From: Fimicolochytrium jonesii
Taxonomy: Eukaryota
Assembly (NCBI RefSeq): GCF_025526975.1
Contig: NW_026515694.1
Location: forward strand, 248,001-312,000
Length of the DNA: 64,000 nucleotides
Direction of reading: 5' to 3'
Part shown: positions 53,272 to 64,000 of the stretch, piece after piece
Position numbering within the stretch: the first letter of the stretch is position 1
How the letters are laid out: each line of letters starts with the position of its first letter
The notes under the pieces: generated by a model
The model's database searches: none
Told to the model about the DNA's origin: nothing
What the model saw: only the letters and a program-made list of their open reading frames with translations
Translations under genes and position numbers: made by a program

Positions 53272-54553
53272 CTACCTACTTGCATCGGCACGTCGGTAGC
53301 AGAGCACAATGTAGATCACATTGTCATCGCTACGATAATCCTCTGAGTGTGTCAAACGGAATAATGCACTATCTCCGACTGTTGAAGAGGACGATGCGAC
53401 ACCATGGTTGATGCGTCCGTCCGATAAGTAGCTGTCCACATCCACCCCGAACTCCTTGGGGTTGTGTCCCATCGCACTCAAAAACGCCGCCAACTCGGCA
53501 TTGAATCTTTGTCTCCTAGGCACCACGCACCAGAATCTCCCATGAGGTTCGTAGCTCAGATACCGATCGACGACCGCAGGTATCAGCGTTACTGCATTGT
53601 CGTACGCCACGTCTGATGCGATAACATAATCAAACGTGGCGCGCTTCGAGTCTCCCGTCTGTATCGAGTCATCCAGATCCTCCGTATCTGGCCAAGAATG
53701 CATCGCTCCATCCCGCCAGTCCAACATGCTAACATCTACGACATCGTCCAGATTGTTTGCTCGCGCATTGTACACCAAAGTATCCAGAACCGCAGGGTTG
53801 TAGTCGGTTAGCGTCATGTGGAAGGAATGCGACGATGGTGTAGAGTCCCGCCCTATTCGAGCGCATAGTAAGCCTGCCAGCCCCGTCCCGCTTCCTAGCT
53901 CTAGAATCGTTGTCTGCGCGAAGTTCGTCTTCTCTGGTGGAACCGATAATTTGATGGTGCCCTCGTCTAACAACCTGCACTCCAGACGAATTCAATGCAC
54001 TTTCAGCAGATAGAATACTCTCGGAATGTGACGTTACGTACCTCGCGAGGACTACACCGGCACCCCAAGTTTGAAAGCCAATGTCGGCAACATCAGCCGT
54101 GGGTTCTCTAATAATGAGTTCACCTCCCAGCCCTGGAAACTTGTAGTTCTTGTCCAGAGCCTTCAACGCGGCACGGCCGGCCAACATCGTTAGGGTGTCG
54201 GAAACCATGTCGACCAGCACTTCAGGGTCCTCTGCTTCTCCCTCCCCATCTCCTTGTTCTCCTGCGTCAAGAAGCCAAGTCAATGAACTGACAAGCCATT
54301 TCCCTGCAAACTTCTGCAACTGAGATATGGCGTGCTGCGCAACGTCGGGCGATACAGTTGGGTCAAGGATATATAAGCTGGCCAGCTGGTGCAACTGTCG
54401 GATCAGAAGAGGGGCATTGCCGGCGTTCCGCCTGTGCGTCGTGTGGAGGAGGGTAATAAGCGGGTCGACGGACTCATCGAGGTGCTCCTTGGTCCTTGGC
54501 GCAGATGACCCTGCAGGCTTGTCGAAAGTTGCTGTTTCGTCCGGTCCTCCCAT
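53272..54553 (-). CDS. Class I SAM-dependent protein lysine methyltransferase (Methyltransf_16 family)
   Basis: IGFQTWGAGVVLAR, ILELGSGTGLAGL, TLTDY, LDW and FDYVIASDVAY. Intron at about 54041-53975. Confidence 0.88.
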
Positions 54554-55010
54554 CGCATAAGATGGCCCCACAGGTTGCGGCAATTGTGCCTCTGTCCCAG
54601 CACGTCGAGCGAGGGATGTTTTTTTTTACACGTGAAGGAAGCCCGTGGCAGATGCACAAGCCGTGCCTTCCCTCCCCCTTTCCACAGGTACTGTACCAGG
54701 TGCAGTATATATATATATATGCAATATATCAGCCGCCGCCTCCTCCGCGCGCTATGGCTCTGCACTCACCATGGTCAAGACAGGGTCAAGATCAACGTTT
54801 TTGTCCAGGTTTTTGTCGGAGCGGCAGCTGTGGCTTAGACGTGTTGAATGGTTTGTCACTTTTTCACTACTTTTTCCCATTGAAGGTGTTTTGACAATTC
54901 CGCAGGTGGCAGTCGCATCCCGTATAACGGACCAGTACATATACGACAGTAGGCCTGTCAGCACGACTATCTGTGGTACTCCCTCACTAAACTAGGACTG
55001 AATAGTGACC

Positions 55011-57002
55011 ATGTGTAGCGTAGAGGAAGATATCCAACTCGAAGCTCGTAAGTTTCGTCTGCACGACGGACATATCGACGGTTTCTTAGCTGCTCAGTTA
55101 CTTATCGACCCACTTATGATTCAGAACTAAAACCGCAAAGCGGGCGAAGGCTTCTTGTGGAGGGCAAATGTCACAAGTGCAAAATAGAGCCGCCAGTGGT
55201 AGACACAAAGGGTGTTCATTACTGCAGGTCGGTCCCTTCCATTGCCGTTTGCGGCGCATGGCATAGCATCGTACTGACCGAATTGGTCTATAGGAACTGT
55301 TTTATTGAAAGCGTCCTGTATAGATTCAGGATAAATATCATGAAATCCTCCAAAGGCCCGGACGGAATGAAAGTGTTGATTGCATTTTCTGGAGGACCTT
55401 CGTCAAGGTATTTTTAACCCAACCATGCATGCGATACAAAGAGGTGTCTTCCGCCACAGTGGATTACAAGATCCTAATGGCCGCTTGTAGACTTGTGATT
55501 GAGGGATTCAAGCGATTCCATACACTGGACTCTGAAAACAGCCGAAAGAAACGGAAGTTCTCGGAAATCGTCATATGCCATGTGGATCAGTCTTCTGTAT
55601 TTGGCAAAGTAGTTGATGCGAAGGAGGCGGGCATCGAGAACCTTGTCAAATCATCAGGGTTCACGTACATCCGCGTACCAATCGAAAATGTATTCGCGGG
55701 GCCGGATGGGGTTGATCCTGGCTTTTTGGCTGCTTCGGGAGCAGACGCAAATGGTGAGTCCTAGTGCATTTGGCTGTTCTTCTCGGGCCCGTCCTCAATA
55801 GTGCCTCGCTTTTGTCAGACGCGAATGCGCATCGGATGAACATGGCTTACATCGCAAACTCGAATTTGACGCCCGCCGAAAGATTACGACAATGTTTCAA
55901 CAGCCTCGGAAAACTGACAGCAAAGGAGGACATGCTACAGACTTTGACGATGAAGGCGGTGCTGGACACCGCAAGGGCGCATGGTTGCTCATTGGCGGCG
56001 CTTGGGGACAATGCTACGCGGTTAGCCGTTAAAGTTGTCTCTTTGACAAGCAAAGGAAATGGCTTCAGTTTGCCCTTGGAGATGGCGGTCGCGTCGAAGT
56101 GGCATAAAGGTGACAAACACTGCTGCAATCGATTTGCATGAAAAATTCGTTGCTTAACGCTCCTATTGCCTCCCAGATATTACCGTAATCAAGCCACTAC
56201 GCGACGTACTAGCTAAAGAGGTCGTTCTGTTCAACAAATACGAGAATCTGGACTACGCTGTTGTCCGAGACTTCACCACGGGGATGCCGGCGAAGGCCAG
56301 TATCGACCGCCTGACCGAAGCATTCGTCATCGGACTGCAGAACGACTTCCCAATGACGGTCCCTACGGTTGTTCGGACGGGCGAGAAAGTTTCATCCGAG
56401 TACTTGCTGGAGGACACTACGGTCTGTCCACTATGTCAAGGGTAGGTGTTGGTGCTCACTGTACCACCGTGATTGGCTGGGTCCTCATCCTATCAATAAT
56501 GAACGGTAGACCTGTACAATACGCATCGAAGGACTGGCGGGCAAATCACACTGTTGCCGTTATTCCCACCTCGGAACCCTCGTCGACAGCGGAGTTACCG
56601 AACGCTTTCGCGAAAATGAATGTTGGAAGCTCTCCTCATGCGAACGACTGCACACAATCCTCGTGCTGCGCCTCGTGTCCTGAGACCTCTGGCGGATGCT
56701 GCTCGTCAAAGCAACCGAATTCATCAGTAATCGACATATCCCAGCATATCTGCTACGCCTGCCAGAATCTTTGCCAGGACGCGAAGGACGCCGCCGTCGC
56801 AGCAACGCAGAAGCGTCTACCGCGCAATGGCGCACAGCAGAACGGGGATTCACCAGCAGAGACAAAGGCAAACGCCGACCTTCGGCTCATACTGCCGCCT
56901 TATGTGGCTCACGAGGTCACGAAACGAGTCGGCAGAGATTGGATGCGAGATCAGATTGCTGATTTCTTGGTGGTTGATGACGGTGCTGACGAGACGGAGT
57001 AA
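55011..57002 (+). CDS. CTU2: Cytoplasmic tRNA 2-thiolation protein 2
   Basis: CHKC..YC..CF, LIAFSGGPSS, TAKEDML, LGDNATRLA..SKGNGF, KPLRDVLAKEV, STV-like PTVVRTGEK, CPLC and CYAC. Confidence 0.9.
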
Positions 57003-57378
57003 CTTCTGCCCCTGGCTGTTGTTTTTCTCACGGCGGAGAGCTAGTCATTTTTGGTATATCGAGTTCTAGGTCGTTCTGGGTCGTTCGGGGTCGTCGTAGA
57101 TACGAGGGTAAACATGTAGGGAGTAGTTATAGACTACGATTCGGCAATTTGAGAAGATGGCGGTGCACCAGAGTAGCTCAGGAAGCTGCATAGGAAGAAC
57201 TTGGCACTCAGGGACAGTTGGGAGTTGCGGGCTCGAAGTTGTTGCAGAAGTGCCGAGAGCAACAACTCGATCTCGCACCCACATGAAGATTGATATCACC
57301 TTCCTCTATTTTGCAAAAGTCTATGTACATATCCTATACACCCAATATGGAGTGGATTCTAATCTGCAAATCAATATA

Positions 57379-57899
57379 TTACTTTGCCTTTGGCTTCGCG
57401 GACACCTTTTCCCAAAATTCGTCATTTGACGTTGATTGCCGCTTTTCCTCGTCTTCTACTTTCTTCTTGAGATACTGCGTCTGAAGGTCTTTTACGCGCA
57501 ACAGACTGAAGTGCTGAACCTAGAGAAGTACAAGAAGCAGGTTGTTGTGTGAGACCAAGTCATACAATCAGAAGCATTATTGCTTTACTATTGCCTGTAT
57601 TGGTTCTTACGACTCACCCAACTTGCTAAACACTCCTTGTCAAACTCGGCCTTGGCAGCCTTGCAAGCAAAGAGTTTTTGCTTTGCTTCCTTTGACAGTT
57701 TCCGATCCTTTTCGCTGGCAATAGTGAGTCGCTGCGGATCTAGTGCTATTATCTCTTCGTGTGTCTGAGGTGCCAGGCCATGCAGGTACAGATTGTGCGC
57801 GTCCAAGCAGGCGAAATATGCGTCTCGGGCCTGCCAGCAACGAGAGCGTGCGGATCGTGATGGTGGGACAGAGCCCAGTTTTGGCTGTTCAGCAGGCAT
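57379..57899 (-). CDS. COA6: COA6/COX6B-like twin-Cys protein
   Basis: PSRSARSRCWQARDAYFACLD ... CKAAKAEFDKECLASW|VQHF (CX9C..CX10C). One intron. Confidence 0.85.
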
Positions 57900-58159
57900 T
57901 GCGGGTAAACTGCAGGGTGTGTTATGTGTCTATTGCTGCTGGAGCACGAAGTTGAACCAGAGTCTCCAGAGTTGAACCCAGAATTTCGAAGGCGAGGCGA
58001 AAAACGCAGACGGGCAGAGCTTTGTCGAGTTTCATCACTTCTCAAGAGGCCCTCTTTCACCGCTTTGGTTCAAACAATCTCCCCCCTCACGAATAACCGA
58101 CAGCATCAGAACAGATATTTGTGAAGCAAGGAGACGATCGAAAAGATAGGTCCGGTAGA

Positions 58160-59674
58160 ATGAAGCGGAAGGCGCCGACATCATCTGCAGACGACGTGGA
58201 GGCTCCGGTCAGGAGGAAGTCTGCCCGACTCACAGGCTCGACGGCACCAGTTGCATCTGCGACGCAATCTTCAACACCAAGTAAAACTGCCACTCAAACC
58301 AAGCTGTCATTTTCTCCGCCAAAGCCAACGCTAGCCTCCGTTTCCGCTGAGTCAACAATGGTGGCCGTAGCGTCGGCCGTTCGGACCATATCGGCGAGAC
58401 AAGCCACGTATCTCCGGTTAGTGTCAAATCACCTTATCGAAAGCAAATTATCACCGACGGCTACTTCAGCCGTCTTCATTACGAAAAAGTTGTTTGGCGT
58501 CCAGGCGCAGGAGGCATTGTCTGGTTTCATGTCCATACATAGCCGGTTCGCGAGACGACCGACAAAAGAAAGCCCGCCCACAACGGGCTGTGTTTCGCTA
58601 GAAGTAGAAAGTGCCAGCACGCTCACAGCGCTCCAATCCCTGGTCCTCTCCGAAAAAACGCCGCTGGTCCGCATCTGGGCCCAGCGATGCACCTTACATC
58701 TCTTCGCGTACGATGATTGGCACATCGTTTCATCTGCCTTCAAGGCAAAGATCTTTGCGACCCGCACCAACTCGATTCGTTTGGGCAACGTTACGGGGAA
58801 AGATTCCTCAGCGCAATTCATCAAAGCGCAGAAAGCGGTGAAGGAGAAGCTGGAGAGGGGGGAGAACGTGACCAGGAAAACGGTGGAGGAGATGGGATTT
58901 GATGGGGCGTTGAGTTACAGCTTGTTCATGTGCGCGACGCTACTGAGGCAGGGTTCGAAAGCCGAGGTTAATGCAGGAGCGGCTGCTGAGCTCAAGCCGC
59001 GATATATACCAGAAGGCGAGGAGGAACCGCATGTGGAGATGGCCAAGGATGCTGCTTTGAAAGAGATTGCGCGACGGTATTTCGAAGCGCATGGGCCCGC
59101 TCAAGAGATCGATTTTAGGTATCATTATGACTTGCCGGCTGGGGATTCCAAACCTGCGGTCAAGCATCTAATCGACCAAGGGCTAATACAGTCAGTCGTC
59201 GTCACACCACGTACGCCGCCGCCTCCTTCCGCAGCCAAGTTGAAGGCGAAAAGTGCTGGCCAGCCCACACCGCACTACATCTCCACTACAGCGCACAATA
59301 TGTACCTTGCACCCATAGCCGCACCGCCGCTCCCTGCCCATCCCCATATTCCCACATTACTCCTCTCCCGCTTCGACCCAGCATTGCTCGCCCACAAGGA
59401 CAAATCCATCTGGGTCGATGACGACCGAAAGTACCTAGTATGGACCAAGAACGGGTTGATTAACGGCACGGTGTTTGTGGACGGGCGCGTGCAGGGTACG
59501 TGGAAGGTGAAATACCTCGAGGGCGAGGGTGGCGGGGTGGGCGGTGTGAGGATTGTTGTGGAGATGTTTGAGGGTGTTGAAGTTGGGGATGAGGTCAAGC
59601 GCGATATTGAGGAGGAGGCGGAGAGAGTGAGAGCGTTTTTGGACGCGCCGAAGGTTGTGGTCGGGTATGATTAG
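58160..59674 (+). CDS. AlkZ/YcaQ-family (HTH_42) DNA glycosylase-like protein, intronless
   Basis: GVQAQ (QxQ motif), LVRIWAQRCTLHLF, RRYFEAHGPA..DF, LLSRFDPALLAHKD and NG..GTVFVDGRVQGTWK. Basic N-terminal extension. Confidence 0.85.
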   Translation: MKRKAPTSSADDVEAPVRRKSARLTGSTAPVASATQSSTPSKTATQTKLSFSPPKPTLASVSAESTMVAVASAVRTISARQATYLRLVSNHLIESKLSPTATSAVFITKKLFGVQAQEALSGFMSIHSRFARRPTKESPPTTGCVSLEVESASTLTALQSLVLSEKTPLVRIWAQRCTLHLFAYDDWHIVSSAFKAKIFATRTNSIRLGNVTGKDSSAQFIKAQKAVKEKLERGENVTRKTVEEMGFDGALSYSLFMCATLLRQGSKAEVNAGAAAELKPRYIPEGEEEPHVEMAKDAALKEIARRYFEAHGPAQEIDFRYHYDLPAGDSKPAVKHLIDQGLIQSVVVTPRTPPPPSAAKLKAKSAGQPTPHYISTTAHNMYLAPIAAPPLPAHPHIPTLLLSRFDPALLAHKDKSIWVDDDRKYLVWTKNGLINGTVFVDGRVQGTWKVKYLEGEGGGVGGVRIVVEMFEGVEVGDEVKRDIEEEAERVRAFLDAPKVVVGYD

Positions 59675-59937
59675 AGATTAACGCGCGTGGGAGAAAGGAG
59701 TGAGACGCTTCAAGCATTGATACTGGTCTCGACGAGCAACCTGACGGGGCGCTGGTCGCTCTCACAAATGAGAGGTGCCGCGACGGTGGGAGAAAACCGA
59801 GGGTCGCACGTTTATGGATGGAACCACTGATTGGAAGTGTGACCAGTGAAAGTACAATATCCAACCTTAGACGTTGCATTCCCGAAATGGATCTGAAGAG
59901 TGATTGTTGATATATGTACATGCTATGCAAAACTATT

Positions 59938-61489
59938 CTACTTGTGACCCAATTCCTGAGGTCCCAAAAATCGCCATCATTAGCCACAACGTCAATCATA
60001 AAGACGGCGATGGGTGACGCTTCACCTTCAATGCGCTCTCTATCGCGTGCAAAGTTTTGTCCAGGTGACCGTTCTCCGCCTCATTTACAGCGCTCACGTT
60101 CATCTGTGTTCGCGATGGGTTAAACGCAGTCAGCTTCGATCCGACATGCGTGTGTGTGTGAGAAGGCACAGATACGTACATGTCCAATACGGAAATACTT
60201 CGCGGCGTGTTCCGGATGCAGGCCTCCAGCGACAACGACGCCAGCGGCGCCGATCTTCTGCAGAAGCTCAGGACCTTTGATGCCGTCTGGGTAGTAAACA
60301 GCGCTCAGCGTGTTAGCGGCGATATCTCTGCTATGTGGAACCTGGAAATAACGTCTTGTTAGATACTCTGTCGTGCCTTCTGCTCTCACGTAAGAGACCC
60401 CATAAGCTCACCAACTTGAGACCCCACTTCTCCAACGCATCCTTGACCTTCTTCGACGCCTCCCTGTGCTTGGCAAATCGGGTTTCCATTCCCTGATCCA
60501 CCAATTGCTTCAGACTCGTGTGAAGGGCCAGGATGAGTTGCACGCTGGGAGTGGCAAAGTAGGAGGGCTTCCGGGCCTCGTACTGCTTCATGATTGGGAG
60601 CCACTTCTTGAATGACCCAAAGTACGTTCTGGGCTCAGCTTTTCGGTTCGCCGCAACTTCCAGAGCACGCTGGCTCACAACCATGATGGCCAACCCCGGT
60701 GGGGTTCCGAGCGCTTTCTGACTGGCGGTCATGACAACATCCAAGCCCCACTCCTCTTGACGGATTTCCTCCGCTCCCACAGAGCACACTCCATCCAGAG
60801 CAATCAAGGTGTCAGGCGACTTTTCCTTAACCATCTTTGCGATGCTCTTGATGTCAACAAACACGCTGGTCGACGTGTCCACGTGCGTGACGGTGATGAG
60901 CTTGTACTTTTTGGCCGTCAGCGCCTTTTCGATCTCCTCAAGGCTGGGACGAGCGCCAAAGGGAGCACGGACGTGGGTGACGTTCGCGCCGTAGACGCCC
61001 AAGCACTCTCCAAACCAGTCTCCAAAAACCCCGGTGTTGACGACGAGCACATTTTCCCCAGGTTCGACGAGGTTGGCGGCGGTGATGTCCCACGTGAGGG
61101 TGCCAGAACCCGCGATGATGAACGGCTGGCCGTTAGGAGCCAAGAAAACCTTACGGCACAGCTCAATGGTGCTTCCAAACGTCTCGATAAAGTTGGGCGA
61201 GACGTGGGAGGTAGCTGGCGCAGCCATTGCCGCGAGGACTGCCTCGTCAAACTCGACGGGACCTAATATCAAAGACGGACGTCAGTTAAGAGAAGACGTT
61301 CAACGTGATGGCATTCAACGGCTGCATACCTGGGATCATGCATAGCTTATGAGAACCAGGCATCTTCGTAGTAAATGATCTGATTGAAGTTCGAGCTGAA
61401 AGAAGCGTAATTTGCGATGGAGAGCGCTGAAGGATGCTAAGATACGGTGCTGCGTTGGACAAGTTGCGGACGAGTCGGACGGCAAGCAT
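59938..61489 (-). CDS. AGX1: Alanine-glyoxylate aminotransferase (class V PLP enzyme)
   Basis: CMIP|GPVEF, GSGTLTWD, THVDTST, DGVCS, TASQKALGTPPG, YFATP and YFRIGH|M. Two in-frame ATGs (61489 and 61363). Last exon ELGHK*. Confidence 0.93.
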
Positions 61490-61775
61490 GAATTGCGGAG
61501 GGAATGTGGAGATCCGTGAGAAAACGCAAGAAAGTTATGGGCCTTCGCCACTCCACTCACTCCACGAAAGCTGCGTGAATCATCGAATTTTGACACACAC
61601 TCCGACTCTTCCCGAGACGCTGGCTTTCAGGCTGGCTTTCAGGACTGTTCAGGAGGATCTGAAAATGTCTAAATGTCGCATATCCGAGGTTTCTACCAAC
61701 TAATACGTACAGTGTAAAAGCTATCGACAAGCACGAGAACCAGCTGTATGGACGAGCCCTATCTTGAGTCGTTAG

Positions 61776-62340
61776 CTAATTCATGTTGCCAATGACTCCA
61801 GTTTCAAAGATGACAAAGATGACGATAATGAGGACGAATAGGAGGATGAAGGCGACGATCCGCTTAGTCTTCCTGGCACTCCTGACGCTTGTGGCGTCAG
61901 GCCTCGCAATGTTATGCTGTCGTGCCAGTTGACCCTTGTACCCGTTCTTTGCTTCTTCCTGGACCGTTTGGAACTCGCGAGCATTGAAGATGAGTTTCGC
62001 AGCAAGTCCATTTTGCTGCTTTGCGTGCATATGAGCAGTTGCTTGAGAGGATGCCGGAATCGCCGACACTTTGCTGACTTGAGCACGTTTCCAGCAACGC
62101 GCGGCTGTGAAGATTCTTTATGTCTCGGGTATGCTTTTCAATGCGCGCTAGCGTTACTGATTTTCACCAGAGAGAACAACGTGGGAAAGGCGGTGGCGAT
62201 GATATTTCTCTACAGGTTGCCTCCCCTACCTCTCTCGAAACCTGGTCCAGAATTGACGTCGTGAGTGTCTTGACGGAACCTAACTCGACGTCCTCGGGGT
62301 CACCGGCGTAAGAAACGTGACGTTGCGAGTTGGGGAATTC
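61776..62340 (-). pseudogene. Decayed plasma-membrane syntaxin (Sso/Stx1-like) with internal deletions
   Basis: Fragments DPEDVELG, IEKHTRDIKNLHSRAL (one frame) and QQNGLAAKL..FQTVQEEAKNGYKGQLARQHNIARPDAT joined directly to SVRSARKTKR plus a TM segment (another frame). No SNARE motif. Confidence 0.65.
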
Positions 62341-62919
62341 AACTAGAGTTCCGCAAAAGCCCGACCTCCATCACACACACCTCAACGGCCGTCCAGCGCC
62401 ATATCGTCTGCTTACACTCTCGTGTCGCGACTCTCAAATGCGTCTTGGAGGGCGAGTGCGACGGCGTGGACCTGGACATGATGGGGAGAGAACGGAAGGT
62501 GGCCCATCGCATTCATGTCCAGAAGCAAAATCTGTACGCGCGCCCATTCCACGGAAATGCCAGTCCGCCATCTGGTCCGCCGTCGTCCGCCACCCAAGCC
62601 ATTTCAATCAAACATCGCCAGGGGTAGAAAAGCGCAAAGCAGCTTCAAGGCGGTTCTCCTACAAACCTTTACATGATGGAGTCCATTCAGCATTCGGCAT
62701 GGAACCCACTCAGCACTTGCTCGCCGTCCAACATCGACGGATGACCCATACGACGGTTTTCAATTGGCCAGCGGTCACGTGAAGGCACGAGTTGGTGAAT
62801 AGATATGTTGGATTTCTCATGCCACACGTTTTCATGGGCTGCTGTTGGCCAAAGTCCCCGTCGGCATCGTGCATAAGTCCACACCGGCAATACCCCGCAT
62901 CGCCCTCAATGCGAAAGCA

Positions 62920-63483
62920 ATGACAATACCTGAACCTGCTTCCCACGCTCTCCAGGAGCTCGGGATAGCCACACTTTTGTCCGTTCTCCGAACATCTACA
63001 ACCAAGCCGCTGCCCCTTCTTCATTACGTCCTCGCCTACCTCGACCCGCTTGACATTCTACATGTCTCGCAACTGCACCATGCCCTTCACGCAGACCGCC
63101 GTCTGGCCCCGTCGGGTGAACTATGGTGGTGGCGCACGTTTCATGTCGACGCTCCGCCCGCGCGAGGGATGCGGACTGCCGAACGAAGACGGGATTGGCG
63201 ACGCGCCTGTTTCGAAAAACACGACGAGCTGGAGCGGATCGCAGCCAAAGACGATATGAAGAGCCGTGCCGCTGCATGGGCCGCTGCGCATCCGAAAGGG
63301 AAGAAGAGCGAGATTATGGAACCGTCGCCCATGGAGTATGGGATGCCCGCAGGCTCAAGGGGGAAGCTCACGACGGAAGAGAAGGTCGAGGCCAGGGCCT
63401 ATTACAAGGAATTGAAGAACAAGAAGGCCAAGGGGAAGCTTGTCGAAAAAGTTTCGAGGGAGGAGAGGTTCATTTACTACTAG
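62920..63483 (+). CDS. Small F-box-like protein
   Basis: LLHYVLAYLDPLDILHVSQL...ELWW...DWRRAC followed by a Lys-rich tail. Confidence 0.55.
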   Translation: MTIPEPASHALQELGIATLLSVLRTSTTKPLPLLHYVLAYLDPLDILHVSQLHHALHADRRLAPSGELWWWRTFHVDAPPARGMRTAERRRDWRRACFEKHDELERIAAKDDMKSRAAAWAAAHPKGKKSEIMEPSPMEYGMPAGSRGKLTTEEKVEARAYYKELKNKKAKGKLVEKVSREERFIYY

Positions 63484-63798
63484 GGAATAAGGGAACCACT
63501 ACATGTGGGAAGTGAGGGAGAGCGCGAGAGATCACTGTAGCATTAGTTTTGATATTTATTAATTTTTGGGAAACACCCGTTGGGACCATTGTAGTCCGGC
63601 TTGAGAGCAGCGAGTAAGGGGAGGCAGAGAATAGGTCGAAATGAAACAAATAGTTTTCAACTTTCAGAATTGAAATCGAGTGAAGGCGAAACGAAACCTA
63701 TATGTGATAGCTGTCATACGCCTAGCGCCGCGCCGTGCACGAAAACGCATATTTACAGGGGAATGCCCGTTGAGTGCAGAGGTTCGTGATCCTTTTCC

Positions 63799-63931
63799 TC
63801 AGTTTCGGGTGCAGCAGAAGGCCAGAATCCATTTCAGATCGATGAGCATGTACTTCAGTGCCTTGGTCCATGTTTCATCTTGGTTGAACTGCAGCTTGAT
63901 GGGGGTGTCGCCAATCTTGTCTTTCACAATT
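63799..63931 (-). CDS. ATG6: Last exon of Beclin-1/Atg6/Vps30 (gene continues beyond the window)
   Basis: [38 protein letters not shown] matches the end of the BARA domain. Confidence 0.88.
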
Positions 63932-64000
63932 CTATAGCGGATGCGTCAATAGGTCAGGATCAGAAGGGTCGGTTGATAAACCTGTGTATGAAACACAGGT

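Noticed and set aside
54706..54720. (TA)n tract in the methyltransferase/CTU2 divergent promoter
   Set aside because: It is a short ordinary microsatellite.
58160..59674. AlkZ-like ORF as bacterial contamination
   Set aside because: It is tightly flanked by spliced eukaryotic genes, has a similar base composition, and has a eukaryote-style basic low-complexity N-terminus. Read-level confirmation is still needed.
59920..60025. Cryptic PTS1 on AGT via readthrough or alternative splicing
   Set aside because: The alternative ends (NSFA*, PSPSL*) do not fit a PTS1 consensus.
61619..61642. 12-bp tandem repeat GCTGGCTTTCAG
   Set aside because: There are only two copies, consistent with simple slippage.
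1..64000. CRISPR arrays, tRNA/rRNA genes, transposons, biosynthetic gene cluster
   Set aside because: I saw no spaced repeat arrays, RNA gene signatures, transposase/RT motifs or PKS/NRPS genes. The ACP-like and phytoene-synthase-like genes are better explained as mitochondrial proteins.

Overview
Gene-dense, intron-rich eukaryotic DNA with short GT-AG introns. It most likely comes from a zoosporic fungus (chytrid-like): fungal genes (M36 fungalysin, Gtt1-type GST, fungal RNase T2) sit beside centriole/cilium-associated genes (CCDC57, UPF0193/EVG1). About 30 genes could be assembled by eye: RAD4/XPC (5' truncated), a two-CDGSH Fe-S protein, HEM13/CPOX, asparagine synthetase, UPF0193, fungalysin, a small orphan, an At4g15545/NAIP-like protein, a neurofibromin-like RasGAP, an ACP-like protein, CCDC57, MED17, GST, sphingosine kinase, NDUFAF6, PIN4, RPA43, two Cys-rich GPI-type proteins, RNase T2, a TPR protein, DJ-1/PfpI, a class I methyltransferase, CTU2, COA6, an AlkZ/YcaQ (HTH_42) glycosylase, AGT, a decayed syntaxin, an F-box-like protein and the last exon of ATG6. 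The top candidate for something new is an intronless, bacterial-type AlkZ interstrand-crosslink DNA glycosylase with an added NLS-like N-terminus, embedded among native genes. Also notable are an ACP paralogue lacking the phosphopantetheine serine, an NF1-like protein lacking the Sec14 domain, a Gcn4-site cluster upstream of asparagine synthetase, XPA-like GGGF motifs in the Rad4 tail, and overlapping convergent CDS ends. All assignments come from motif recognition without database searches, and exon boundaries are manual.
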